Positions 1-9,762 of a DNA stretch of 64,000 nt are shown here, one piece after another. The notes below the pieces were generated by a model that had not been told where the DNA came from, ran no database searches, and worked only from the letters and a program-made list of their open reading frames with translations. The stretch comes from a virus. Lineage: Duplodnaviria; Caudoviricetes. The stretch lies in IMG/VR virus record IMGVR_UViG_3300035182_001152. One strand, 5' to 3'. The position numbers were made by a program, and so were the translations under genes. Positions within the stretch are counted from its first letter, which is position 1. Every line of letters starts with the position of its first letter.

Positions 1-3000
1 TAGTCGCCACTGATACCGAACTGACGAGCTGCAGCGTTAGCAACAACGATTGGGTAGCGGAATGCTGTGCCAACGTCAGTCGTTGGATCTGCTGTAAATT
101 GGTACGAACGAATGCCGTAATACGAAATTTCGCGCGCAACTGCGGCGAGTGAATCAACCTCCATCTTCCACTGTGCTTGGTTGTTGTACTGCACCAGCGG
201 AGGTGGAATGTTCAGTAGGGTGACTTCGAAGCCATCCAGCCACATATCACGAATCACGCCGTTGTTAGCCAGTGTGATTTGGTAATCTTGGTTGATCACG
301 TCGAAGTACTTGTTTGCGATCTCAAACGTGCTTGTATCGACAATGCCACCAAATTGGTAGGTCAGACGCGGGCTCCAACCAGCCCACATCTCGCGGAACT
401 GGGTATTGGTGTCAAAACCGCTGAAACGGTTGAAGTTAACGTACCATTGGTTAATACCACGGACAAGGTATACCTTGTCCGTGTCATACACGTCACCGTG
501 GAACAGCGTATCAACGTGGCTGTACACTTGCTTAAACGTTGTCTCTACCTGCAATCCATCAACAACCGTGTAGCGTGGGCCAAAAGCGGCGTGCAAGAAC
601 CGTGCTGGCTGCATCAGGAATGCAATTACAGGCTGATCATATGGGTGCTGCCCCGATACTGTCCACGACCACTCCACCGGACCAACATCGCCAAATGCAT
701 AGTCAGCGTCAGGAGCGACGATTTCAACACCGTAGTTGTTGAAAATCGAGCGGACTGTAGGATTTGCCAACGCAAGTGATGCATTGTCGTAGTATGGTGG
801 TAGTAGGGCATCTGGGGCGTAGCCGCCTGGGATACCACCATCAGAGATGTTGACGGAGAAGTAAGCATAGTGTGGCAGGGCTTGTCCATCGGTCACTGGG
901 TTACCTGTGCTGATAGCACCGTTGGGATACGTGCGGCCAGCAGGTACAATGCCAAGACGGACGTTCTGCCACATACCCGTCGTCGTTGAGTGAACGTACT
1001 TCCACTTACGTGCACCAGTGGTGTCAAGGTACTCATCATCCCACCACGTTGGCTTATCGTGGTAGCCCTGCAGCTTCCACGGCTCCAGGTTAGGATATGG
1101 TGTGCCGTACCAACGTGTGTACACTTCTTGCCAAGAAGAGGCAAAAGCTGGAGTGATGTCATTACGAGGACCGAGCACAGGCGTGCTTGCAGCGTAATTC
1201 CACGTGAATGCGTTTGTAGCCGTGTAGGCTGTATTCACGTACGGTGAAGACTGTTCTGATGCAGCAAGGAACGCCGTAAAGCGTGAGCGGCTGAGATTGT
1301 TGTAGGTGGTTTGCTCACTCTGCGTTGGCGTTAGCGTGCTGTAATCAAACACGGATGCCGATACAGGCGTGACTTCGTACAGACGCGTTTCAACCTCCAG
1401 CTGCACTGCACCCAACAGTTCCGCAAAATTGACAGTTGTCCACAGAGGGCTAATGTCACCAGAACCCGGCGTAGTCACAGCAACCCACGTGAAGCTCGAC
1501 TTCTTGTAGGTTGCTTGTGTTGTGAAATTGTAGTACATCGTACCGTCAGCAATTTCAGCTCCCGAAGCATCGTAGAACGAAGGCGCGACGCCGTTGATCG
1601 CATATGGGCTGAATCGCTGTAGCTTGCGTACACCACCACTGACACGGTACCAGTACACGCCTGTGCGCAGGCTGCCAAATGCTGCAATGGCATTCGCTGT
1701 TGTTGGTGCTGCGGCTGTGCTAACTACACCAAACTTGCCATTGCTAACGCGCGAATCAGTGATACCACAGATGATTCGCGACAGTTTGTCAGCTTCGGCA
1801 GCGCTGTAGTAGATCTGGGAACGGTGACCATCGTGGTGGAACAGACGAACGTCGCCGTTGTCGTTTGTCAAGTGTGGGCGATACAGTGTAGCTAGGCCTA
1901 ACATCGGAGCTGTAGCGATCCAATTTTGGATGCCCTTGCCCGTAGTTGGATCGTATGCCACAGTATCTCCATACGTCTGAGCTTCAAAATCATTGGTTTC
2001 GTACTCAGAGATCACCGATTCGCTCAAGAATGCGCCAAAGTCTAGTAAGGACTCAGGAGTATACGTTGCGAACGTTGTCGTGATCGTCTTGTTGAAGATG
2101 TCACGAATTGACAACAGACCGGAAGCGTATTCACGAGCGGCGAATTCTATTACGCCCACTGGGGTGACATTCGTCACGTTAACGGCTGAGATCAGCGTAT
2201 CAAAGCCGTCGTTGTGTTCCTTAATTGTACCACCAACGCCGTAACCGACGTCGTTTTGTGTCAGAGTATATGCTCCACCACCCAGCAAGCCAGGGATTGC
2301 TGTTTGACCTGATAGGATCGAACGGAAGTGTGTCAGGATCTGTGAGAACTTAACAATCTGCTTATTTTCGTGCTCTGGGTTGTACTGCCATTGATCCAAC
2401 ACTTCCCAATCACCAAGCTCGCTACCAACCGTAACGGGGTTGCGTGATGCATCAACGTATGAAGGAACGTATTGTTGATTCGTAAGACCGTGCTTCCACA
2501 CCGTTTGTAGAGTTGGGTCCGTGTCGTTGATTACCAGATCAGACACGGGCACCCATGCACTTGCGTTGCGTTGATACAACACATTGTTCGTCGTGTCCAT
2601 CCAGAATGAATGTTCAACATTCAATAGGGATGCAGGTGGCAATGCTGAGATAACAGGACGGCGGAACGCAATGCCAGCACCAACCGTTACAGGGATGTTC
2701 TGTGTCCAAGCCTTACCGTCCCAGTACTGTACGGTGTTCAGCAGAGGGCTATACCAGAAGCTCTGTGGAGTAAACGTGTTACGGTAGCCGTAAATCACAT
2801 TGTCGTCCCGATCCAGGAGGTACTGCTGAAATTCGTATTCCTTACCATCCGTAGAGGCAACGATGCGGCGGCCAACGGCTGGGTTGACAGACGAAGAAGA
2901 CGATTCATTAAAAGCAAACAAAGGATTAGCAGCGATCACATCTGACGTGACGACATCGTACACGTTGAATTGTGGGTATTGGTTGATCAACGTCTTTGTT

Positions 3001-5186
3001 TGCTCTAACTTGTGATATTTTGTCAGCGACAGGTACGCAGGTTGTGTACCTGCAACCGTAGCTAACGTGAATGCCGTCTCATCTTCAATAGTACGAACAG
3101 GAATGGCGTACATACCTGCATCAGCCTGTGCGGCAGGGCCAACTTCGAGGCGTACGATGTCGAATTGTGCCAGAGGCGTCTGGAACACGATTGACTGAAC
3201 GTATGGAATTGTTTGTGTCGTCTGTCGTGTTGTACCAACCACAGTATATGAAGGGACACCCACACCAACAATTTCGGTGTAGTTCGCGTATTGGCGAATG
3301 CCGTTTACGTACACGCGTAGTTCGTTGCTGCCAGGAGTTGCGTACAGCTGCGACGTTGCCAGGTTGTAACGGAATTGATCAACAAGATCAATCTGTGTTA
3401 CGCCGGTAATGTCGATATTCTGTTCTTGGAAGGCATTACCAATTTGGATCGAGGTTGTTTGTGGAACAAACGTCAATCCGTTGTCAGCATGAACTGGCAG
3501 GGAGCTAACAGCAACCAGAGGAGGGGGGTTGACCAAATCTTGTGTGAGGAAGTAATTCCAGCTACAGTTTCGTGACGGTACGCCAACCGTGGACGTTTGA
3601 TCCAGTACCCAGTGAACGTGGTAACCACGCCAGATGTCTCCTGCAGCCGTCAGCAAAGGTTCAATGCGAGCATACTCTAGGCCGCCACCTGAAGGTGTTG
3701 ACGTGAATGTTGATTCTGCGAGCGCAACTACCGTACACAGGTAGCCGAGACCGACGGCGGTTTGCACTAGCGACGGATCGCTAATCGTAACTTGACGATA
3801 TTCAGACGCAGCGACGGTGTAAACTGCTGAAGCAAGGGTGTCGTCGGTGAAACGGAACTTGAAGCCAGGAACAAACGTTTGCGAGTAGTCGGTGTCACGG
3901 TTGACGGTTGCCGTTTGTTGGAAGAGGTACAACGTCCAGACACCACCAATGTTGGTGACGTAGTAGCCCTTAATTGGCTCTAGTTCAAATCGTGATGGCA
4001 CAACCGTCGCTGAGGCGAACGCTGCATCAACGGTTGAGCGATACTTCCACGCATACGTGAAACTTGTCCACTCGTTTTGTTCAATCGTGCTGTTGTACTC
4101 AATGATTGGGACTTGAGCACGCTTGACGTCGGAAAAGGACTGAACTTGTGATTTGTGAATCCAGGCGTTTTGAGAAGACCACTGATTCAACACCTGCGGT
4201 GTGCAACCTGCAGATGTGTCCCATTCAATCCCCTCACCAGCATCCCATTGACCAATGTCCCAACCGTACGTTCCGTTGCAGACGCAGTTTGCTTCCGCTT
4301 GGTATTCGTTCAGCTGTTGGGTTAGGTCGATGTTTACAGCAATCGCTTGGACGGTTGCAACCCACGCGGTGCCTGACCACGATTTGAGGATTGAAGCTGT
4401 AGTATCGTACCACCACTGGCCAAGGAACGGTACGGCTGGTGGTGTAGATCCTGCTGACGCGATCGATTCAACGACGGCGACGGTCGTCTTGTTTGTGGTA
4501 GAATCGTACGTAGAACTTGCCACAACCCAGCGCTTGTTGGCAACGTTGACGTCAACGTTGCCATCTGTGTAGAACGCAAATCCAGCAATGAACAGGTCAT
4601 CCTGCTTCGACGAGATCACGAACGTGTCTGTCGCATAGCCAATTGCTTGCACGGGGAAAGTGCCGCCACGCAGGGCGATCATGTTTGCGTATGATTGAGC
4701 CTTGCTTTGAGCCTTATTGCAACGATTTTCAATCGTGAAGTACTGGGCGGGATCGCGGGCATTTTCTGGCTTCCAGAAGTAATCCTGGTAGTTAATCAGC
4801 ATGTCCATGTTCACTGGAGGTGCCCAGTTGAACTGAAGAGTATTGGCCCACAAAGGCAAACGATTGATGTCAACACCCATCAGCGCTAGCTGCTCTTGGA
4901 ATGCCTTATAGGACAGAGCATTCTCAACAGTACCAACCGTTGAGAACATCGTTGGTGCTAGTTGAAACGCTTGACGGTGGGGGGTTGATTCCTTGATCTG
5001 ACGATCAACGAGGGCTTGTGGATTGCCTTGACCGATGAAGCCCGCAACACGTGCAGTGTCGTCCTTCGTCAGGTGACGATTGAACGCAACATCAAACATG
5101 CTCTTGTTGACTTCAGAGCGGTATACCTCTGGGAGGTAGTTGTTGATGTTATTGAAGGGGATCGTGTGATCTGAGTTTGTTGCCAC
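1..5186 (-). CDS. Very large virion/baseplate structural protein, partial (>1720 aa, runs off the left edge; missing from the ORF track)
   Basis: GTG at 5186 (alternative ATG at 5192) after the SD AAGAGG reads (MP)VATNSDHTIPFNNINNYLPEVYRSEVNK. Spot checks near 4200, 1200 and 1-60 stay open in one frame (GQWDAGEGIEWDTSAG; RYPIVVANAAARQFG). It contains GxWYDT-type repeats and follows the gp6 gene. Confidence 0.85.
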   Translation of the reverse strand, partial: MATNSDHTIPFNNINNYLPEVYRSEVNKSMFDVAFNRHLTKDDTARVAGFIGQGNPQALVDRQIKESTPHRQAFQLAPTMFSTVGTVENALSYKAFQEQLALMGVDINRLPLWANTLQFNWAPPVNMDMLINYQDYFWKPENARDPAQYFTIENRCNKAQSKAQSYANMIALRGGTFPVQAIGYATDTFVISSKQDDLFIAGFAFYTDGNVDVNVANKRWVVASSTYDSTTNKTTVAVVESIASAGSTPPAVPFLGQWWYDTTASILKSWSGTAWVATVQAIAVNIDLTQQLNEYQAEANCVCNGTYGWDIGQWDAGEGIEWDTSAGCTPQVLNQWSSQNAWIHKSQVQSFSDVKRAQVPIIEYNSTIEQNEWTSFTYAWKYRSTVDAAFASATVVPSRFELEPIKGYYVTNIGGVWTLYLFQQTATVNRDTDYSQTFVPGFKFRFTDDTLASAVYTVAASEYRQVTISDPSLVQTAVGLGYLCTVVALAESTFTSTPSGGGLEYARIEPLLTAAGDIWRGYHVHWVLDQTSTVGVPSRNCSWNYFLTQDLVNPPPLVAVSSLPVHADNGLTFVPQTTSIQIGNAFQEQNIDITGVTQIDLVDQFRYNLATSQLYATPGSNELRVYVNGIRQYANYTEIVGVGVPSYTVVGTTRQTTQTIPYVQSIVFQTPLAQFDIVRLEVGPAAQADAGMYAIPVRTIEDETAFTLATVAGTQPAYLSLTKYHKLEQTKTLINQYPQFNVYDVVTSDVIAANPLFAFNESSSSSVNPAVGRRIVASTDGKEYEFQQYLLDRDDNVIYGYRNTFTPQSFWYSPLLNTVQYWDGKAWTQNIPVTVGAGIAFRRPVISALPPASLLNVEHSFWMDTTNNVLYQRNASAWVPVSDLVINDTDPTLQTVWKHGLTNQQYVPSYVDASRNPVTVGSELGDWEVLDQWQYNPEHENKQIVKFSQILTHFRSILSGQTAIPGLLGGGAYTLTQNDVGYGVGGTIKEHNDGFDTLISAVNVTNVTPVGVIEFAAREYASGLLSIRDIFNKTITTTFATYTPESLLDFGAFLSESVISEYETNDFEAQTYGDTVAYDPTTGKGIQNWIATAPMLGLATLYRPHLTNDNGDVRLFHHDGHRSQIYYSAAEADKLSRIICGITDSRVSNGKFGVVSTAAAPTTANAIAAFGSLRTGVYWYRVSGGVRKLQRFSPYAINGVAPSFYDASGAEIADGTMYYNFTTQATYKKSSFTWVAVTTPGSGDISPLWTTVNFAELLGAVQLEVETRLYEVTPVSASVFDYSTLTPTQSEQTTYNNLSRSRFTAFLAASEQSSPYVNTAYTATNAFTWNYAASTPVLGPRNDITPAFASSWQEVYTRWYGTPYPNLEPWKLQGYHDKPTWWDDEYLDTTGARKWKYVHSTTTGMWQNVRLGIVPAGRTYPNGAISTGNPVTDGQALPHYAYFSVNISDGGIPGGYAPDALLPPYYDNASLALANPTVRSIFNNYGVEIVAPDADYAFGDVGPVEWSWTVSGQHPYDQPVIAFLMQPARFLHAAFGPRYTVVDGLQVETTFKQVYSHVDTLFHGDVYDTDKVYLVRGINQWYVNFNRFSGFDTNTQFREMWAGWSPRLTYQFGGIVDTSTFEIANKYFDVINQDYQITLANNGVIRDMWLDGFEVTLLNIPPPLVQYNNQAQWKMEVDSLAAVAREISYYGIRSYQFTADPTTDVGTAFRYPIVVANAAARQFGISGD

Positions 5187-5206
5187 GGGCATACCTCTTG
5201 TTATAC

Positions 5207-5707
5207 TTATACAGCCAGATATTGGATTGCGTTCGCTAGTGTAGTGGTGCTGTCTACAGCAAACCCGAGCATTTTGTTACAGCGCGTACATAATAACCCT
5301 CGAACTCTACCAGACGTGTGACAGTGATCAACTGTGAGAGAAGTGCGTGTTCGTCCTCCTACTGTCAATCCAACCAAGCAAATTTTGCACAATCCTTTCT
5401 GTACGTTAAGCATCGCTTCAATTTGCTCTGGTGATAACCCATACTTACGTTGCAGCGTGCTACGTTTGATCTTATCCAAGTTTTTGCGAGCATACTGACG
5501 ACGGCTCTCACGTCCTGTTGGGGTGTTGGATCCACCTGGATTGCTGTCTTGGTGCAACTTCACATAGAGGCGGTTGCAGCATACACATGCCGCAGACGAC
5601 GTTAACCGTTCACATAGGTGTCCATGTTTACATGGCTTACCCGTCCAGTAATATGTGTGTCCACCCACACGAGCATTGTGACGTGACATAATTATCATGT
5701 GATCCAT
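5207..5707 (-). CDS. Endonuclease VII-family (His-Cys, HNH-like) free-standing homing endonuclease
   Basis: C-terminal QKGLCKIC...VDHCHTSGRVRGLLCTRCNKMLG motif and N-terminal YxTGKPCKHGH Zn module. It sits between two structural genes. Confidence 0.85.
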   Translation of the reverse strand: MDHMIIMSRHNARVGGHTYYWTGKPCKHGHLCERLTSSAACVCCNRLYVKLHQDSNPGGSNTPTGRESRRQYARKNLDKIKRSTLQRKYGLSPEQIEAMLNVQKGLCKICLVGLTVGGRTRTSLTVDHCHTSGRVRGLLCTRCNKMLGFAVDSTTTLANAIQYLAV

Positions 5708-5713
5708 GATAAT

Positions 5714-5720
5714 TATTTAT
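5714..5720 (-). promoter_or_regulatory. T4-type late promoter (ATAAATA)
   Basis: Motif lies in the intergenic gap upstream of 5707 and recurs before many structural genes. Confidence 0.7.
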
Positions 5721-5751
5721 GAAGAGGTATGCTCGGTTTAACCCGGGTTGT

Positions 5752-8700
5752 TTACGCGTTCAGACGAAGGTTCGTTGGCGTGTACCCGGTAACGATCTGG
5801 ATGTTGTCAACGGTGATATCTGGATACAACACCTCATCTTCGCGCGCTTGCACTTGGAACAGGTCACCAAACTGATCTTGCGCTAGCGTTGGGACCAACA
5901 CAACAGAGCTGATTTCTGACGGCAGTGCGGCGTGAATAGCGGCTGCTAGTTCCGTGAAGTAGAACGTTTCACCAAACTCCCACAGTATAATGTTGAAGAA
6001 ATTGCGAATTGTAGTGACGATCGTTGTTTTGATTTGGTTGTCCGTTAGGTTACGATCTGACGAACGGACAACCAAGAACGAAGCCTGCAACGCAGCAGAT
6101 GCCTTTGAACCAAACAGCAGCTTAATCTTGCCAGGGTGCAAAACGATCGTATCTGAGATCATCTTGTTGTCCAGCAGATAGTTGTACGACGTGCGTAGAT
6201 CTAGCGGCGTTGGCAGCGTTGGCTGTGTTGCCAGAGGATCCTCAAGCCAGCGCTTCAGTGCCATGTAGTAACCCTTTGTAATCACGAACGAGTCGATGAT
6301 GTTTGAAGGTGACGGATCAACTAGATGGTAACGCGGTGAGCGGTGGAACCAAGCAAAGTTCAAATCTGAACGACCCTCCCAACGCTGCCACAATCCCGTG
6401 CCGTTGATGACGTCAGTTGCATATGACGTGATCGACGTTGCTGTCGTGGGTGCTGGCGTCCACGGATCAACTGTAGTTGATCGCGTGAAGTACACGTAAT
6501 CTTTGATGCGAATTGTGATCTGTGATCCTACTGGAGCTGTGCCGTAGATTGAATTGTACAGGATCACTTGGTTTGACGCGTATGAGCCAGACGATGCTGA
6601 CACACCCCACATTACACCTTCACCAGCAAGCGGAGTGCCGTTGTATTCAATCGTCACATCAGGGGTGGTGTCAGGCGCAGCAGGATCGATGTAGTAATAC
6701 ACTGGTAGCGTGATTGCCATACCCCCAAACAGCGGAATTCCTGTTGGCACTGTGTAGTTATACTTTGGCATCATGATGTCTGCCACACCACGGTGGTTGA
6801 CGATGTCGTCAATGATTAGGTCATCTGGTACACCATCGTTGTTGGAGTCTTGGGACATCACTGACAAGCGATTAACGTCTGGGAGACCTGAATCAGGACC
6901 GGAATCGACTGTCTCCTGACCAAGCACGTTGTACACCCAGTTTTGAGATAGGATGCCCGTGCGGTTGTAGTTGACGTTTGCCTGCAAAATCACAACGCTG
7001 TCAACGTCGGATTGCAATGTATCGTACTCAATCACAGATGAAGCCTGGTTCGTATTCCAGAAAGACGTAGTTTGACTCTGGAATACCAAGCGGCGCGCAG
7101 TACGCGTGACATTGTAGCGCGTTTCAAAGATTGACGCCTGTATTACAGAGAACAGAGGTGTAGTGATGTAGTTTGCAGGCCAACCTGGCAGTGTTGTTGG
7201 GGAGTCAGAACGCTTAACGGCGTACCATTCATACGTTGTCAGGTTGTAGTACATGTCCATCTGTGTTGGCACAGGTGGAGGAGTCAGTGCGTTCGTAATG
7301 CGAACGATTTCATCGGTGTTGAACACACGACGGAATGACTGCAACGGTACGCCGGCGCTGACAATCTGGACAAAGATGTCTGTTGACGATAGCAGTGGCT
7401 CAATGTAAGTGCTAATTAACACACTAATGTCCACTACTGGCGTCGTCCCAGTTTCGGGGGTATCTTCAAAATACAGCAGCCCGTCGTCACCGTAAATCTT
7501 GACGTTCTCGTATGTGCCTGAGGCATCATGCCAAGGAATGTACTTTGAATCACCGGCAAACGTGCGGTTGATTGAGCGCAGCTTCAAGATCGAAGGATCC
7601 TGCAGCATGAACACGTTATAGTCTTGACCGTTAACCATACGGTCTTGTGAATAGTACACGGCGGGAGCAGTTACACGAACGTGCTCGATATCTTCAGCTG
7701 ATGAGCCGTTCTGCAACGAGCTGATCAAGCTGAATGTGAATGTGAACGTCTGTGTACGGCCAAATGTATCAACGTACGTGAACGATGCGGGAGTGTTGAC
7801 GACTGATGCTTGCGGCACAACAATGTCAGCATTCAGCGATGTACGAACCCAGATGTCAAACGTACCAAGAGGGATGTCAGCAAATTCACCGTCACCGAAG
7901 ATCAGGCGAACGGTGTTGTTGTCACGCGTTTCTATTTCGTACTTGTTGCGCTTGGGGTTGGTGTTGAAGATAACGTTCTGTGCGTGTGCCAGGTCAACCT
8001 GAACCCACTCGCCAGACTTACCGTCTGTCGTTGGCGTTAGGTATGGCAGAACCGTCTTAACGTCTGTTGTCTCGCCCGTGACGGGATCAACATTGTTGAC
8101 CCACACGTCCGTGTCGTTGACATTCTGTGCGGAGACGTTGTACGTTTGGTTCGGGGTAATACCATCAAACGTTGTACGGAAACGCTGCAAAGTACCTTGT
8201 TTGGTATAGCAAAAGAAGCCTGTTGTGTCGGATGAGTCACCCAGGCCGTCTTGACCGTACAGGAGCGTAAAGTTGGCGTTGTTGTACGGACGACGCTCGA
8301 CAATACCCTGATCTGCGTCGTATGCGACGGGGACCAACTCCATTGGTGCTGACCGACCGTTGACAGCAGCGGTGTACGAGAATACGCCCGTTGCCAGCGG
8401 TGACAGGTTCCACGAATACATTTCGAACAGCACGTCTTGAATTTGGAATCGGTCCGTTGGACCAACAGAGCCAAATTGTTGCTCTAGGACGCGGTTCATC
8501 ACGAGAATGAACTGATCTTTCCAGCTAGAGTTGCCAAGATCGTTCCAACGAATCGTCTTGTTTGCAAGATCGTTGCCGTTTGCATCGACTACAGATTCAG
8601 TTGTCGATACGGACATTAGTTTAACCAGGCCACGAGCTGGCAGAGAGCGGGCAGCTGTGTAGGAAACCAACTTAGCTAAGCGGAGAATCGAGTCTTTACG

Positions 8701-8961
8701 CTGCGCCGCCGAGATGAAGTTCTCGTGTGCGTTGATATCCATCCGATAAGACAGTACTTCAGCGATGTACGCGAACACTTCAACGATTGCGATGAATTCA
8801 CTGGATTCAATGAAGTCGTTGAAAGTCTCCGGGAAGTACAGCTTAATGTAGTCGAGGATACTCTGTTTGACCGTGTTGTAGTCAAATGCTGCGAAGTTGA
8901 TGTTTTGGAAGCTGTCGTACACCCTCTCCCACGACTCAGCGCGAGATACTAATCTTGACAT
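5752..8961 (-). CDS. gp6: Baseplate wedge protein, T4 gp6-like (1069 aa)
   Basis: N-terminal FDYNTVKQSILDYIK..FNDFIESSEFIAIVEVFAY..ENFISAAQRKDSILRLAKLVSY; EDIEHVRVTAP..SQDRMVNGQDY. It lies next to gp25. Confidence 0.85.
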   Translation of the reverse strand: MSRLVSRAESWERVYDSFQNINFAAFDYNTVKQSILDYIKLYFPETFNDFIESSEFIAIVEVFAYIAEVLSYRMDINAHENFISAAQRKDSILRLAKLVSYTAARSLPARGLVKLMSVSTTESVVDANGNDLANKTIRWNDLGNSSWKDQFILVMNRVLEQQFGSVGPTDRFQIQDVLFEMYSWNLSPLATGVFSYTAAVNGRSAPMELVPVAYDADQGIVERRPYNNANFTLLYGQDGLGDSSDTTGFFCYTKQGTLQRFRTTFDGITPNQTYNVSAQNVNDTDVWVNNVDPVTGETTDVKTVLPYLTPTTDGKSGEWVQVDLAHAQNVIFNTNPKRNKYEIETRDNNTVRLIFGDGEFADIPLGTFDIWVRTSLNADIVVPQASVVNTPASFTYVDTFGRTQTFTFTFSLISSLQNGSSAEDIEHVRVTAPAVYYSQDRMVNGQDYNVFMLQDPSILKLRSINRTFAGDSKYIPWHDASGTYENVKIYGDDGLLYFEDTPETGTTPVVDISVLISTYIEPLLSSTDIFVQIVSAGVPLQSFRRVFNTDEIVRITNALTPPPVPTQMDMYYNLTTYEWYAVKRSDSPTTLPGWPANYITTPLFSVIQASIFETRYNVTRTARRLVFQSQTTSFWNTNQASSVIEYDTLQSDVDSVVILQANVNYNRTGILSQNWVYNVLGQETVDSGPDSGLPDVNRLSVMSQDSNNDGVPDDLIIDDIVNHRGVADIMMPKYNYTVPTGIPLFGGMAITLPVYYYIDPAAPDTTPDVTIEYNGTPLAGEGVMWGVSASSGSYASNQVILYNSIYGTAPVGSQITIRIKDYVYFTRSTTVDPWTPAPTTATSITSYATDVINGTGLWQRWEGRSDLNFAWFHRSPRYHLVDPSPSNIIDSFVITKGYYMALKRWLEDPLATQPTLPTPLDLRTSYNYLLDNKMISDTIVLHPGKIKLLFGSKASAALQASFLVVRSSDRNLTDNQIKTTIVTTIRNFFNIILWEFGETFYFTELAAAIHAALPSEISSVVLVPTLAQDQFGDLFQVQAREDEVLYPDITVDNIQIVTGYTPTNLRLNA

Positions 8962-9268
8962 GATGTGATCCTTTATGAAATGGTTTTACATAACTTAGGG
9001 TATATGTAAAACACTCTGTGTGTCCGTTAAATTGGATAGACGGACTGTGCCGACGCGCCGCTGTTGCTGTTCCACACTCGGGGCATCCGGCAGCTTTTTT
9101 AGATGCATGCACAGATGGGAGTTGGTCAAAGAGTCCTTGTTCGTTGCAAATAATTGTAACAGGATTGTGCACACCCGTATAGTGGGCAAGAGAGTAGTCG
9201 TACTTATCACCATGCCATTTTTTAGCATTGATGATGAACGATTCCGCCCCCGCTGTTAACCCTGACAT
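8936..9268 (-). pseudogene. Internally deleted homing endonuclease remnant (one Zn-finger repeat plus C-terminal tail, no nuclease core)
   Basis: KWHGDKYDYSLAHY..VTIICNEQGLFDQLP..GCPEC joins directly to QFNGHTEC. Both pieces match the two ends of the intact 45331-46092 protein. Confidence 0.7.
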
Positions 9269-9338
9269 GCTGTATTCCTTGATGTTTCGTACGTACGCGC
9301 GCATTCCCACGATTCAGCACGGGAAATTAGTCGACTCA

Positions 9339-9716
9339 TTATGCGCTCTCAAATGTGATGTTAATGTCCAGGTTACCTGTGAGGTTCAATTCAACGTACA
9401 GTAGAAGTGCACTCGCTACAACGCTGTTCGTATCGTACGAAGGCGAAATCGTCAGGTTGAGTAGTTCTACACGTGGGTCGAACGCGAATACAGCTCGCAG
9501 GTCCTCTTCAAGCACGTCAAGCGTGATTGAGTCGAGAGGTTCGAACACTAGATCAGGAATTCGTGTCCCAAAAGTAGGCATCATCACACGTTCACCGCGA
9601 CGGGTGAAGATGTGATTCAGCAGATCGAGCTTAACCAACTCTGCGTCTGCAATTGAGAATGCTTTGTTCGTTTGGTATTCGTACGATGAATACCCACGAT
9701 ACAGCCCTACGGTCAT
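9339..9716 (-). CDS. gp25: Baseplate wedge subunit, gp25-like
   Basis: LVKLDLLNHIFTRRGERVMMPTFGTRIPDLVFEPLD..FDPRV motif. Confidence 0.92.
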   Translation of the reverse strand: MTVGLYRGYSSYEYQTNKAFSIADAELVKLDLLNHIFTRRGERVMMPTFGTRIPDLVFEPLDSITLDVLEEDLRAVFAFDPRVELLNLTISPSYDTNSVVASALLLYVELNLTGNLDINITFESA

Positions 9717-9740
9717 GGTGTGTTCCTATGCTTGTTTCGA

Positions 9741-9747
9741 TATTTAT
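9741..9747 (-). promoter_or_regulatory. Late promoter (ATAAATA)
   Basis: Upstream of gp25. Confidence 0.7.
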
Positions 9748-9762
9748 CTAAGGGGCAGCTGG

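Noticed and set aside
279-4889. Plus-strand ORFs listed in the track in 1-5 kb and opposite other long genes
   Set aside because: They are antisense shadows of long real genes, with no ribosome-binding sites or recognisable motifs.
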